Positions 1-7,685 of a DNA stretch of 23,210 nucleotides are shown here, in pieces. The DNA is from a virus (taxonomy: Duplodnaviria; Heunggongvirae; Uroviricota; Caudoviricetes): IMG/VR virus record IMGVR_UViG_2531839232_000010, one strand, 5' to 3'. The translations under genes were made by a program, and so were the position numbers. The first letter of the stretch is position 1. Every line of letters begins with the position of its first letter. The notes under the pieces are model-generated. The model saw only the letters and a list, made by a program, of their open reading frames with translations. It ran no database searches and was not told the DNA's origin.

Positions 1-52
1 ACCAAAACTCGACCTGACAAACACTGACTGGATTTACGGGGTGGATTTATGA
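1..52 (+). CDS. O: Replication initiator O, C-terminal fragment (gene continues upstream of the window)
   Basis: Frame 2 translates to PKLDLTNTDWIYGVDL-stop, matching the lambda gpO C-terminus as I recall it. Its TGA (50-52) overlaps the P ATG (49-51). Confidence 0.6.
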   Translation, partial: PKLDLTNTDWIYGVDL

Positions 53-750
53 AAAACATCGCCGCACAGATGGTTAACTTTGACCGTGAGCAGATGCGTC
101 GGATCGCCAACAACATGCCGGAACAGTACGACGAAAAGCCGCAGGTACAGCAGGTAGCGCAGATCATCAACGGTGTGTTCAGCCAGTTACTGGCAACTTT
201 CCCGGCGAGTCTGGCTAACCGTGACCAGAACGAACTGAACGAAATCCGCCGCCAGTGGGTTCTGGCTTTCCGGGAAAACGGGATCACCTCGATGGAACAG
301 GTTAACGCAGGAATGCGCGTAGCCCGTCGGCAGAATCGACCATTTCTTCCATCACCCGGGCAGTTTGTTGCATGGTGCCGGGAAGAAGCATCCGTTATCG
401 CCGGACTGCCAAACGTCAGCGAGCTGGTTGATATGGTTTACGAGTATTGCCGGAAGCGTGGCCTGTATCCGGATGCAGAGTCTTATCCGTGGAAATCGAA
501 CGCGCATTACTGGTTGGTTACCAACTTGTACCAGAACATGCGGGCCAATGCGCTGACTGACGCGGAATTACGGCGCAAGGCTGCCGATGAACTGACCTGT
601 ATGACAGCGCGAATTAACCGTGGTGAGACGATACCTGAACCAGTAAAACAACTTCCTGTTATGGGCGGTAGACCTCTAAATCGTGCACAGGCTCTGGCGA
701 AGATCGCAGAAATTAAAGCTAAGTTCGGACTGAAAGGAGCAAGTGTATGA
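49..750 (+). CDS. P: Replication protein P (DnaB helicase loader), 233 aa
   Basis: ORF 49-750, MKNIAAQMVNFDREQMRRIANNMPEQYDEK..., near-identical to lambda gpP from memory and the same length. Confidence 0.93.
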   Translation: MKNIAAQMVNFDREQMRRIANNMPEQYDEKPQVQQVAQIINGVFSQLLATFPASLANRDQNELNEIRRQWVLAFRENGITSMEQVNAGMRVARRQNRPFLPSPGQFVAWCREEASVIAGLPNVSELVDMVYEYCRKRGLYPDAESYPWKSNAHYWLVTNLYQNMRANALTDAELRRKAADELTCMTARINRGETIPEPVKQLPVMGGRPLNRAQALAKIAEIKAKFGLKGASV

Positions 751-1049
751 CGGGCAAAGAGGCAATTATTCATTACCTGGGGACGCATAAGAGCTTCTGT
801 GCACAGGACGTTGCCGCGGTAACAGGTGCAACCGTAACCAGCATAAATCAGGCTGCGGCTAAAATGGCGCGGGCAGGAATCCTGGTCGTTGATGGTAAGG
901 TCTGGCGAACGGTGTATTACCGGTTCGCTACCAGAGAAGAACGGGAAGGAAAGGTGAGCACGAATCTGATTTTTAAGGAGTGTCGCCAGAGTGCCGCGAT
1001 GAAACGGGTATTGAGGGTATATAAAAGAACATCAATGGGTACACAATGA
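747..1049 (+). CDS. ren: Ren (Rex-exclusion relief protein), 100 aa
   Basis: ORF MTGKEAIIHYLGTH...KECRQSAAMKRVL resembles lambda Ren as recalled. ATGA overlap with the P stop, as in lambda. Confidence 0.85.
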   Translation: MTGKEAIIHYLGTHKSFCAQDVAAVTGATVTSINQAAAKMARAGILVVDGKVWRTVYYRFATREEREGKVSTNLIFKECRQSAAMKRVLRVYKRTSMGTQ

Positions 1050-1066
1050 TGAAACAGGTGAGTTGA

Positions 1067-1101
1067 GTTCAAACTGTAGTACAATTCTCTCCAGTTTGAA
1101 C
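1067..1101. promoter_or_regulatory. Perfect 10-bp inverted repeat (GTTCAAACTG, 15-nt spacer, CAGTTTGAAC) between ren and emrE
   Basis: Read directly: 1067-1076 and 1092-1101 are exact reverse complements. It sits 16 bp upstream of the emrE ATG, where lambda has tR2. Function not determinable from sequence. Confidence 0.4.
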
Positions 1102-1116
1102 AGGAAAGAATATGTT

Positions 1117-1449
1117 ATGAACCCTTATATTTATCTTGGTGGTGCAATACTTGCAGAGGTCATTGGTACAACCTTAATGAAGTTTTCAGAAGGTTTTACA
1201 CGGTTATGGCCATCTGTTGGTACAATTATTTGTTATTGTGCATCATTCTGGTTATTAGCTCAGACGCTGGCTTATATTCCTACAGGGATTGCTTATGCTA
1301 TCTGGTCAGGAGTCGGTATTGTCCTGATTAGCTTACTATCATGGGGGTTTTTCGGCCAACGGCTGGACCTGCCAGCCGTTATAGGCATGATGTTGATTTG
1401 TGCCGGTGTGTTGGTTATTAATTTATTGTCACGAAGCACACCACATTAA
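1117..1449 (+). CDS. emrE: Small multidrug resistance (SMR) efflux transporter EmrE, 110 aa
   Basis: MNPYIYLGGAILAEVIGTTLMKFSEGF...LLSRSTPH matches E. coli EmrE from memory; four hydrophobic segments. ATG at 1117 with AGGAAAG upstream; the listed ORF start at 1063 is an in-frame upstream extension. Confidence 0.92.
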   Translation: MNPYIYLGGAILAEVIGTTLMKFSEGFTRLWPSVGTIICYCASFWLLAQTLAYIPTGIAYAIWSGVGIVLISLLSWGFFGQRLDLPAVIGMMLICAGVLVINLLSRSTPH

Positions 1450-1693
1450 AAATAATTTCTTTTAAAAGACTGCAATATGGCGGTTCATATCTTTACATGG
1501 GCCGCTTTTGTTAATGTTTTTAGTTTTTGTGTATTCTTTTGTGCCTTCAAGATTATTGCGTAAGCAAATTGCAATACGATTATTGTTGTATATTCAAGAT
1601 AGTGTGATCGTAATTGTCTTTTTAAATAAAAATTAAACAAAAATTATATCTCACCACTAAGGTTTATAAAAGCATAAGTTAGCAGGTGTCACC

Positions 1694-3220
1694 ATGAAAA
1701 AAGCCATAGCATATATGCGATTTTCATCACCAGGTCAGATGTCTGGCGACTCATTAAACCGACAGAGAAGACTTATTGCTGAATGGTTAAAGGTAAATAG
1801 TGATTATTATCTTGATACCATAACATATGAAGATTTAGGATTAAGTGCATTCAAAGGAAAGCATGCACAATCAGGAGCTTTTTCGGAATTTTTAGATGCT
1901 ATAGAGCATGGTTATATATTGCCAGGAACTACATTGTTAGTTGAAAGTCTGGACAGACTTTCAAGAGAAAAAGTCGGTGAAGCGATTGAACGTCTGAAAT
2001 TGATTTTGAATCACGGTATTGATGTTATAACTCTTTGCGACAATACAGTCTATAATATTGACTCTTTGAATGAGCCATATTCATTAATAAAAGCCATACT
2101 TATAGCACAAAGGGCAAATGAAGAAAGCGAGATAAAGTCAAGTCGGGTTAAATTATCATGGAAGAAAAAACGGCAGGATGCACTGGAATCAGGTACGATT
2201 ATGACGGCGTCTTGTCCGAGATGGCTCTCCTTAGATGACAAAAGAACGGCTTTTGTTCCAGACCCCGACAGGGTGAAAACTATTGAGCTAATTTTTAAAC
2301 TCAGGATGGAAAGGCGCTCATTGAATGCAATAGCCAAGTATTTAAATGATCATGCTGTAAAGAATTTCTCAGGAAAAGAAAGTGCATGGGGGCCTTCTGT
2401 AATTGAAAAATTATTAGCGAATAAAGCTCTGATAGGTATATGCGTACCTTCATATCGTGCAAGAGGGAAAGGGATAAGTGAAATCGCTGGCTATTATCCC
2501 AGAGTCATATCAGATGATTTGTTTTACGCTGTACAGGAAATTCGGTTGGCACCTTTTGGTATTAGCAATAGTAGCAAGAATCCTATGCTAATAAATCTAC
2601 TTCGAACAGTTATGAAGTGTGAGGCTTGTGGTAATACCATGATTGTTCATGCGGTATCTGGAAGTTTGCATGGCTATTATGTTTGTCCGATGAGAAGATT
2701 ACATCGATGTGACAGGCCATCAATAAAGAGAGATTTGGTTGATTATAATATCATTAATGAATTGCTTTTTAATTGTAGCAAAATTCAACCAGTTGAAAAC
2801 AAGAAAGATGCTAATGAAACTTTAGAGTTAAAAATTATTGAGCTTCAGATGAAAATTAATAATTTAATCGTTGCATTGTCTGTCGCGCCTGAAGTTACCG
2901 CTATAGCAGAGAAAATAAGACTATTAGATAAGGAATTACGAAGAGCTTTGGTATCATTGAAAACTTTGAAGAGTAAAGGTGTAAATTCATTCAGTGATTT
3001 TTATGCTATTGACTTAACCAGTAAAAATGGACGAGAGTTATGCCGTACACTTGCCTATAAAATATTCGAAAAAATCATAATTAATACGGATAATAAAACC
3101 TGTGATATCTATTTTATGAATGGCATTGTTTTTAAACACTATCCTTTAATGAAAGTAATATCCGCCCAGCAGGCGATAAGTGCTCTCAAATATATGGTTG
3201 ATGGTGAGGTTTATTTTTGA
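1694..3220 (+). CDS. ybcK: Large serine recombinase (YbcK-like), 508 aa
   Basis: N-terminal resolvase-type motif AYMRFSSPGQ (Y-x-R-x-S-S-x-x-Q, catalytic Ser), central Cys cluster C-x2-C...C...C (zinc ribbon), C-terminal coiled-coil-like region. AT-rich codon usage unlike the lambda-like flanks. Resembles DLP12 YbcK as recalled. Confidence 0.8.
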   Translation: MKKAIAYMRFSSPGQMSGDSLNRQRRLIAEWLKVNSDYYLDTITYEDLGLSAFKGKHAQSGAFSEFLDAIEHGYILPGTTLLVESLDRLSREKVGEAIERLKLILNHGIDVITLCDNTVYNIDSLNEPYSLIKAILIAQRANEESEIKSSRVKLSWKKKRQDALESGTIMTASCPRWLSLDDKRTAFVPDPDRVKTIELIFKLRMERRSLNAIAKYLNDHAVKNFSGKESAWGPSVIEKLLANKALIGICVPSYRARGKGISEIAGYYPRVISDDLFYAVQEIRLAPFGISNSSKNPMLINLLRTVMKCEACGNTMIVHAVSGSLHGYYVCPMRRLHRCDRPSIKRDLVDYNIINELLFNCSKIQPVENKKDANETLELKIIELQMKINNLIVALSVAPEVTAIAEKIRLLDKELRRALVSLKTLKSKGVNSFSDFYAIDLTSKNGRELCRTLAYKIFEKIIINTDNKTCDIYFMNGIVFKHYPLMKVISAQQAISALKYMVDGEVYF

Positions 3221-3573
3221 GTAATAATCACTTTTTCAACCGTGCTATGGTATGAAAGTAAAGTAACTACTATGATATTAACTATCGAGCAAGAATATCC
3301 CCAGGCACTCAACAGGGCGCAGGTCAACGTGAATCGGTCATGACACGACACCGATTTTGCGGAATCAATGTTGCTTATGAATACAACATCCCGCTTAGTA
3401 CATGTTCAACACATCAGCAAATTTTGAACTGGGTGTGGCACTTAACTGAAAAAACATGGATGACACAAAATGTTACTCGTCGCTTCATTGAAGTAGCTTG
3501 TGGATATCACAAGCTAGACTATCGCCAATGATATTCAATTTTTGATTTTTTAGTATCAACCTTCCATAATAAT

Positions 3574-3602
3574 GTCACCGGAGCTTGAACAACTCCGGTG
3601 AC
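3574..3602 (+). terminator. Stem-loop with perfect 10-bp stem (GTCACCGGAG / CTCCGGTGAC) and 9-nt loop; weak T-tract
   Basis: Read directly from sequence. Followed by TTCTGCGC rather than a strong U-run, so terminator activity is uncertain. Confidence 0.3.
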
Positions 3603-3608
3603 TTCTGC

Positions 3609-3630
3609 GCATTTAAGGGGACTTAAATGC
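3609..3630. promoter_or_regulatory. 9-bp perfect palindrome GCATTTAAG-GGGA-CTTAAATGC overlapping the RBS/start of the ylcH-like ORF
   Basis: Read directly; the half-sites are exact reverse complements. Candidate operator or translational-control hairpin. Confidence 0.35.
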
Positions 3631-3725
3631 GACCACAATCTGAACTCCTTACCTTGTCACAGATGCAGAAATGCACCTGCGATGTCTTGCATCCAGCGTT
3701 TGATCTCTGCGGAGGTGAAGCGTGA
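3627..3725 (+). CDS. ylcH: Small Cys-containing peptide (32 aa), YlcH-like by position
   Basis: ATG 3627 preceded by AAGGGGA; translates [32 protein letters not shown]. Its stop overlaps the ybcN GTG start (GTGA). Below the 60-aa cut-off of the ORF track. K-12 has a 33-aa ylcH just upstream of ybcN as I recall. Confidence 0.4.
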   Translation: MRPQSELLTLSQMQKCTCDVLHPAFDLCGGEA

Positions 3726-4177
3726 ACCTCCCACAAGATGGCATCAAATTACATCGCGGTAACTTCACCGCTGTCGGTCAGCAGATCCAGACTTATCTGG
3801 AAGACGGCAAATGCTTTCGCATGGTGCTTAAACCGTGGCGCGAGAGACGCAGTCTTTCCCAGAATGCACTCAGCCACATGTGGTACAGCGAAATCAGTGA
3901 ATACCTCATCAGCAGGGGGAAATCGTTCGCTACTTCAGCATGGGTAAAAGATGCTCTCAAACACACATACCTCGGTTATGAAACCAAGGACCTGGTTGAT
4001 GTCGTAACCGGCGAAATCACTACTATCCAGTCGTTACGCCATACCTCCGATCTTGGTACCGGAGAGATGTATGTCTTCCTGTGTAAGGTTGAAGCCTGGG
4101 CGATGAATATTGGCTGCCACCTGACTATTCCACAGAGCTGCGAGTTCCAGCTGCTGCGTGACAAGCAGGAGGCGTAA
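3722..4177 (+). CDS. ybcN: NinB/Orf-family recombination protein (YbcN-like), 151 aa
   Basis: GTG start with GGAGGT 7 nt upstream; [21 protein letters not shown]...; the [12 protein letters not shown] motif resembles lambda NinB RSLDQNRKLWA. Same length as K-12 YbcN. Confidence 0.8.
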   Translation: MNLPQDGIKLHRGNFTAVGQQIQTYLEDGKCFRMVLKPWRERRSLSQNALSHMWYSEISEYLISRGKSFATSAWVKDALKHTYLGYETKDLVDVVTGEITTIQSLRHTSDLGTGEMYVFLCKVEAWAMNIGCHLTIPQSCEFQLLRDKQEA

Positions 4178-4347
4178 TGGCTACACCGCTTATTCGTGTC
4201 ATGAACGGACACATCTACAAAGTACCAAATCGTCGTAAGCGTAAACCTGAGCTGAAGCCATCCGAAATACCAACACTGCTCGGATATACCGCCAGCCTGG
4301 TTGATAAAAAATGGTTGCGACTGGCAGCAAGGAGGAATCATGGCTGA
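4177..4347 (+). CDS. ninE: NinE-like small protein, 56 aa
   Basis: TAATG overlap with the ybcN stop; translates [56 protein letters not shown]; basic. Below the ORF-track size cut-off. Confidence 0.55.
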   Translation: MATPLIRVMNGHIYKVPNRRKRKPELKPSEIPTLLGYTASLVDKKWLRLAARRNHG

Positions 4348-4630
4348 TTTGAGAAAAGCAGCGCGTAGTCGGGAATGCCAAGTAAGAATCCCTGGCGTAT
4401 GTAATGGCAACCCTGAAACGTCTGTACTGGCACATATCCGGCTGACTGGATTGTGCGGCACCGGTACCAAACCGCCAGACTTGATTGCCACCATTGCATG
4501 TTCTGCCTGCCACGACGAAATCGACCGCCGCACACATTTTGTCGATGCTGCATATGCAAAAGAATGCGCGCTGGAAGGTATGGCGAGAACACAGGTTATC
4601 TGGCTGAAAGAGGGGGTTATTAAGGCGTGA
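4340..4630 (+). CDS. ybcO: DUF1364-type putative nuclease (YbcO-like), 96 aa
   Basis: ATG 4340 with AGGAGG 6 nt upstream; [35 protein letters not shown]...[11 protein letters not shown] has four Cys plus His (metal site). The TTG at 4301 in the ORF track is an upstream extension. Confidence 0.75.
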
Positions 4631-4989
4631 ATACCTACAGCATCACATTACCCTGGCCTCCGAGCAATAATCGCTACTACCGGCATAATCGCGGGCGCAC
4701 GCACATCAGCGCAGAAGGGCAGGCATACCGTGATAACGTCGCCCGAATCATCAAAGGCTCCATGCTGGATATCGGCCTGGCTATGCCAGTGAAAATCCGT
4801 ATTGAGTGCCACATGCCGGATCGCCGTCGCCGTGACCTGGATAATCTGCAAAAAGCCGCTTTTGACGCACTCACCAAAGCAGGTTTCTGGCTGGATGATG
4901 CTCAGGTCGTTGATTACCGTGTTGTGAAGATGCCCGTTACCAAAGGTGGGAAGCTGGAGCTGACCATCACCGAACTGGGGAATGAATGA
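4627..4989 (+). CDS. rusA: Holliday-junction resolvase RusA, 120 aa
   Basis: [18 protein letters not shown]...[25 protein letters not shown]... matches E. coli RusA from memory, including the acidic catalytic cluster. Confidence 0.92.
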
Positions 4990-5126
4990 TGTTTGAGTCT
5001 TATATGGCAGAACGTCTTCGCCACCGCTGGATGCGCCTGCGCTTATATCGTTTTCCTGGTTCTGTTTTGACCGATTACCGGATACTGAAGAATTACGCCA
5101 AAACACTGAAAGGAGCTGCCGCATGA
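4986..5126 (+). CDS. ylcG: YlcG-like small protein, 46 aa
   Basis: ATGA overlap with the rusA stop; [46 protein letters not shown]; its stop overlaps the next ATG. Below the ORF-track cut-off. Confidence 0.5.
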
Positions 5127-5812
5127 ATACCCAATATTTACAGTATGTCCGCGAGCAACTCATTGTGGCTACCGCTGATTTGAGCGGAGCAACGAAAGGA
5201 CAGCTTGAAGCCTGGCTGGAGCATGCACAATTTGATACTGGTACATACAAACGAAAGAAGCCGCGCATTCTGGATGAGGTAACTGGCAGGATGATTACGC
5301 TGGATAATCCGCCGATTTCCGGTAAGCAGTCGTACGCAAAAGGTTCATCCATTGCACTGGTCAGCCAGGTTGAGTTCTCAACCTCGTCATGGCGCCGCGC
5401 GGTTCTGTCTCTCGAAGAACATCAGAAAGCGTGGTTGCTGTGGAGTTACAGCGAAAGTGTTCGCTGGGAACATCAGGTCACCATAACGCAGTGGGCATGG
5501 AGCGAGTTTAAGACTCTGTTGGGTACCAGGAAAATTGCAGGTAAGACACTGGAACGTTTGAAGAAGTTGATCTGGCTGGCGGCACAGGATGTGAAGAACG
5601 AGCTGGCAGGGCGTAAGACCTATGAATACCAGGAGCTGGCATCACTGGTGGGAGTGACATCAAAAAACTGGTCTGAGACATTTACTGAACGCTGGGTTGC
5701 AATGAAACACATTTTTCTACAGCTTGATAGCCAAGCTTTATTGCTTTTAACGAAAACACGTTCAAAACAAAAGACCACATTTTCACAGCAAGATATTGCA
5801 AAACTGGATTAA
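5123..5812 (+). CDS. Putative late-gene antiterminator in the Q position (non-lambda type), 229 aa
   Basis: Last gene of the nin operon, immediately upstream of terminator hairpins and the lysis cassette. No cysteines (lambda Q has a zinc finger); HTH-like segment YQELASLVGVTSKNWSE. Family assignment is positional. Confidence 0.5.
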   Translation: MNTQYLQYVREQLIVATADLSGATKGQLEAWLEHAQFDTGTYKRKKPRILDEVTGRMITLDNPPISGKQSYAKGSSIALVSQVEFSTSSWRRAVLSLEEHQKAWLLWSYSESVRWEHQVTITQWAWSEFKTLLGTRKIAGKTLERLKKLIWLAAQDVKNELAGRKTYEYQELASLVGVTSKNWSETFTERWVAMKHIFLQLDSQALLLLTKTRSKQKTTFSQQDIAKLD

Positions 5813-5880
5813 AAATCATATATTTTATGTAAATCTGATATTTTGCCAATGTTGTACGCACTGGCAGTAATCCAAATTCA

Positions 5881-5917
5881 AGCCCGAGGTTTAAAGCCTT
5901 GGGCTTTTCTGTTTCTG
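5881..5917 (+). terminator. Intrinsic terminator-like hairpin (9-bp stem AGCCCGAGG / CCUUGGGCU with one G-U pair, 7-nt loop) followed by TTTTCTGTTTCTG
   Basis: Read directly from sequence. Confidence 0.55.
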
Positions 5918-5993
5918 AACGGTGAGTAGCCTTCCAACCTACCCCAGCCAGGGGGTCTTCAGCTGTTGAGTTGATATTGCTTAGCCCTCTGTT

Positions 5994-6017
5994 GCCAGCT
6001 ACATGCTGGCTTTTTTA
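5994..6017 (+). terminator. Intrinsic terminator (6-bp GC stem GCCAGC / GCTGGC, 5-nt loop, TTTTTTA tract); candidate tR' of the late promoter transcript
   Basis: Read directly; classic rho-independent geometry, about 120 bp upstream of the holin start. Confidence 0.6.
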
Positions 6018-6133
6018 TTCCAGGCTTGTGGGGAGCATCAACTCCGTGCTTTGTCGTTAAATTACCCCGTGAGCCTGATTTCTGACATTTAACGTCCCGG
6101 CCTTTTGTCGGCGGCGAAACATTGGCTATTCAT

Positions 6134-6439
6134 ATGCACGAAAAAGAGAGCCTTGCCGGAGCGTTCTGGCTCGTTTTGCTGATCATCGCAGGTTGGGGCG
6201 GTCTGGTCCGCTACCTGATAGATGTGAAGCAGAGTAAAGCAACGTGGAGTTGGATAAATGCTCTGGCTCAAATAGTGGTATCAGGATTCACCGGTGTTAT
6301 TGGTGGCCTGATCAGCATCGAAAGTGGATTCAGTATTTACATGATTCTCGCGACAGCGGGGATTAGTGGTGCGATGGGTTCGGTTGCACTGACGTACTTC
6401 TGGGAACGACTGACAGGGGTGAAAAATGCAAAATCTTAA
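6134..6439 (+). CDS. Holin (three predicted transmembrane segments), not lambda-S-like
   Basis: MHEKESLAGAFWLVLLIIAGWGGLVRYLI...; three hydrophobic stretches, charged C-terminus, 3' overlap with endolysin R as in lambda S/R. Start uncertain: in-frame TTG at 6122 would add MAIH. Confidence 0.7.
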   Translation: MHEKESLAGAFWLVLLIIAGWGGLVRYLIDVKQSKATWSWINALAQIVVSGFTGVIGGLISIESGFSIYMILATAGISGAMGSVALTYFWERLTGVKNAKS

Positions 6440-6902
6440 TCCTCAGCGTAAAGCCTTCCTCGATATGTTGGCGTGGTCAGAAGGAACGGATAACGGGCGA
6501 CAACCGACACGTAACCACGGTTATGATGTTATTGTTGGCGGCGAACTGTTTACTGATTACTCCGATCACCCTCGCAAACTTGTCACGCTACACCCCAAAC
6601 TCAAATCAACAGCCGCCGGACGTTATCAGCTTCTTTCACGCTGGTGGGATGCTTACCGTAAACAGCTTGGTTTGAAAGACTTCTCCCCCAAAAGCCAGGA
6701 CGCAGTGGCATTGCAGCAGATTAAAGAGCGTGGTGCTTTACCTATGATTGATCGCGGTGATATCCGTCAGGCAATCGACCGTTGCAGTAATATCTGGGCT
6801 TCACTGCCGGGCGCTGGTTATGGTCAGTTCGAGCATAAGGCTGACAGCCTGATTGCAAAATTCAAAGAAGCTGGCGGAACGGTCAGAGAGAGTGAGGTAT
6901 GA
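6426..6902 (+). CDS. R: Endolysin R (lytic transglycosylase), 158 aa
   Basis: Near-identical to lambda gpR from residue ~7 ([20 protein letters not shown]...); the first residues (MQNLNP) differ from lambda's MVEINN. Confidence 0.95.
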   Translation: MQNLNPQRKAFLDMLAWSEGTDNGRQPTRNHGYDVIVGGELFTDYSDHPRKLVTLHPKLKSTAAGRYQLLSRWWDAYRKQLGLKDFSPKSQDAVALQQIKERGALPMIDRGDIRQAIDRCSNIWASLPGAGYGQFEHKADSLIAKFKEAGGTVRESEV

Positions 6903-7360
6903 GCAGAATAACCGCGATTATCTCCGCTCTGCTCATCTGCATCATCGTCTGCCTGTCATGGGCTGTTAATCATTACCGTGATAACGCCATTACCTACAAA
7001 GCCCAGCGCGACAAAAATGCCAGAGAACTGAAGCTGGCGAACGTGGCAATTACTGACATGCAGATGCGTCAGCGTGATGTTGCTGCGCTCGATGCAAAAT
7101 ACACGAAGGAGTTAGCTGATGCGAAAGCTGAAAATGATGCTCTGCATGATGATGTTGCCGCTGGTCGTCGTCGGTTGCACATCAAAGCAGTCTGTCAGTC
7201 AGTGCGTGAAGCCACCACCGCCTCCGGCGTGGATAATGCAGCCTCCCCCCGACTGGCAGACACCGCTGAACGGGATTATTTCACCCTCAGAGAGAGGCTG
7301 ATCACTATGCAAAAACAACTGGAAGGAACCCAGAAGTATATTAATGAGCAGTGCAGATAG
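6899..7360 (+). CDS. Rz: Spanin inner-membrane subunit Rz, 153 aa
   Basis: [44 protein letters not shown]... near-identical to lambda Rz from memory. Confidence 0.95.
   Translation: MSRITAIISALLICIIVCLSWAVNHYRDNAITYKAQRDKNARELKLANVAITDMQMRQRDVAALDAKYTKELADAKAENDALHDDVAAGRRRLHIKAVCQSVREATTASGVDNAASPRLADTAERDYFTLRERLITMQKQLEGTQKYINEQCR
7119..7301 (+). CDS. Rz1: Spanin outer-membrane lipoprotein Rz1, 60 aa, embedded in the +1 frame of Rz
   Basis: [24 protein letters not shown]... (lipobox LVVVGC), proline-rich; AAGGAG upstream of ATG 7119. Confidence 0.92.
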   Translation: MRKLKMMLCMMMLPLVVVGCTSKQSVSQCVKPPPPPAWIMQPPPDWQTPLNGIISPSERG

Positions 7361-7391
7361 AGCTGCCCATATCGATGGGCAACTCATGCAA

Positions 7392-7685
7392 TTATTGTGA
7401 GCAATACACCCGCGCTTCCAGCGGAGTATAAATGCCTAAAGTAATAAAACCGAGCAATCCATTTACGAATGTTTGCTGGGTTTCTGTTTTAACAACATTT
7501 TCTGTGCCGCCACAAATTTTGGCTGCATCGACAGTTTTCTTCTGCCCAATTCCAGAAACGAAGAAATGATGGGTGATGGTTTCCTTTGGTGCTACTGCTG
7601 TCTGTTTGTTTTGAACAGTAAACGTCTGTTGAGCACATCCTGTAATAAGCAGGGCCAGCGCAGTAGCGAGTAGCATTTTTTTCAT
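7392..7685 (-). CDS. bor: Bor outer-membrane lipoprotein (serum-resistance moron), 97 aa
   Basis: MKKMLLATALALLITGCAQQTFTVQNK... matches lambda Bor from memory; lipoprotein signal with lipobox ITGC. Confidence 0.93.
   Translation of the reverse strand: MKKMLLATALALLITGCAQQTFTVQNKQTAVAPKETITHHFFVSGIGQKKTVDAAKICGGTENVVKTETQQTFVNGLLGFITLGIYTPLEARVYCSQ

Noticed and set aside
3340-3531. 63-aa plus-strand ORF downstream of the recombinase gene
   Set aside because: No Shine-Dalgarno; atypical composition (Trp/Cys/His-rich); not coupled to neighbours. Kept only as part of the non-coding gap finding.
4648-5352. 234-aa minus-strand ORF antisense to rusA, ylcG and the Q-position gene
   Set aside because: Overlaps three well-supported, translationally coupled plus-strand genes; Cys/Ser-rich low-complexity translation; no start context.
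5813-6121. Toxin or other virulence cargo, or a tRNA gene, downstream of Q
   Set aside because: The interval is only about 310 bp, with no ORF of useful size and no tRNA-like T-arm or anticodon-arm pattern; it contains only promoter/terminator-like elements.
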